In this document: positions 46,316-46,464 of the stretch, one piece after another
Layout: every line of letters starts with the position of its first letter
How positions within the stretch are numbered: the stretch's first letter is position 1
Program-made: the position numbers and the translations under genes
The notes under the pieces: generated by a model
Seen by the model: the letters and a program-made list of their open reading frames with translations, nothing else
Told to the model about the DNA's origin: nothing
Databases searched by the model: none
From: Candidatus Sericytochromatia bacterium
GTDB taxonomy: Bacteria; Cyanobacteriota; Sericytochromatia; S15B-MN24; JAQBPE01
Direction: 5' to 3'
Assembly: GCA_035285125.1 (NCBI GenBank)
Contig: JAYKHR010000161.1
Span: 1-46,464 of the forward strand
DNA: 46,464 nt

Positions 46316-46464
46316 TCAGACGGCGGCTGCCATCCCCAGCTTCGCCTTGAGGTTCTCGTCGATCTTCGCGAGGAACTCCTGGGTCGTGAGCCAGGGCTGG
46401 TCCTTGCTGATGAGGATCGCGAGGTCCTTGGTCATGTGGCCGGACTCGACGGTCTCGACGCAGA
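46316..46464 (-). CDS. icd: NADP-dependent isocitrate dehydrogenase (type II), 3' end only; absent from the ORF track
   Basis: Manual translation CVETVESGHMTKDLAILISKDQPWLTTQEFLAKIDENLKAKLGMAAAV*. Confidence 0.9.
   Translation of the reverse strand, partial: CVETVESGHMTKDLAILISKDQPWLTTQEFLAKIDENLKAKLGMAAAV

Noticed and set aside
46215..46318. Prophage or island integrated at the icd 3' end
   Set aside because: No integrase or duplicated icd 3' sequence visible in the window.

Overview
Very GC-rich bacterial chromosomal segment with about 38 genes and no rRNA, tRNA, CRISPR array or transposase. An SLH-porin, an ABC1 kinase, lipoproteins and many TGn-TANNNT promoters suggest a diderm Terrabacteria lineage, possibly a non-photosynthetic relative of cyanobacteria (inference). 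In order: rne (5'-truncated, long repetitive tail), rluD, FmdB zinc ribbon, gcvPB-oxidoreductase-PduO-type adenosyltransferase, several hypotheticals, sodC-ABC1 kinase, a degenerate GH15-like gene, a partial phenylacetate-type cluster (EthD, paaF, paaG, single paaA-like gene, paaH, Na+/H+ antiporter), MFS, tldD-tldE, EF-hand lipoprotein, MalK-type ATPase, SLH-porin, an ExeA-like AAA+ ATPase/ParB operon, a RelE-like-domain SF1 helicase, etfBA, hutU, REC-HD-GYP, a three-ligase operon, tex, a truncated DUF4351/Rpn-like gene and the 3' end of icd. Top finding: the hutU/HD-GYP intergenic region looks like an unannotated CsrB/RsmYZ-type sRNA, with four consecutive GGA-loop hairpins inside a closing stem, a sigma28-like promoter and a terminator-like hairpin. 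Next are the ParA-less ExeA-ParB pair, the triple amidoligase operon and a lone PaaA/BoxB-intermediate di-iron enzyme. All product calls come from motif recognition by eye; no searches were run.
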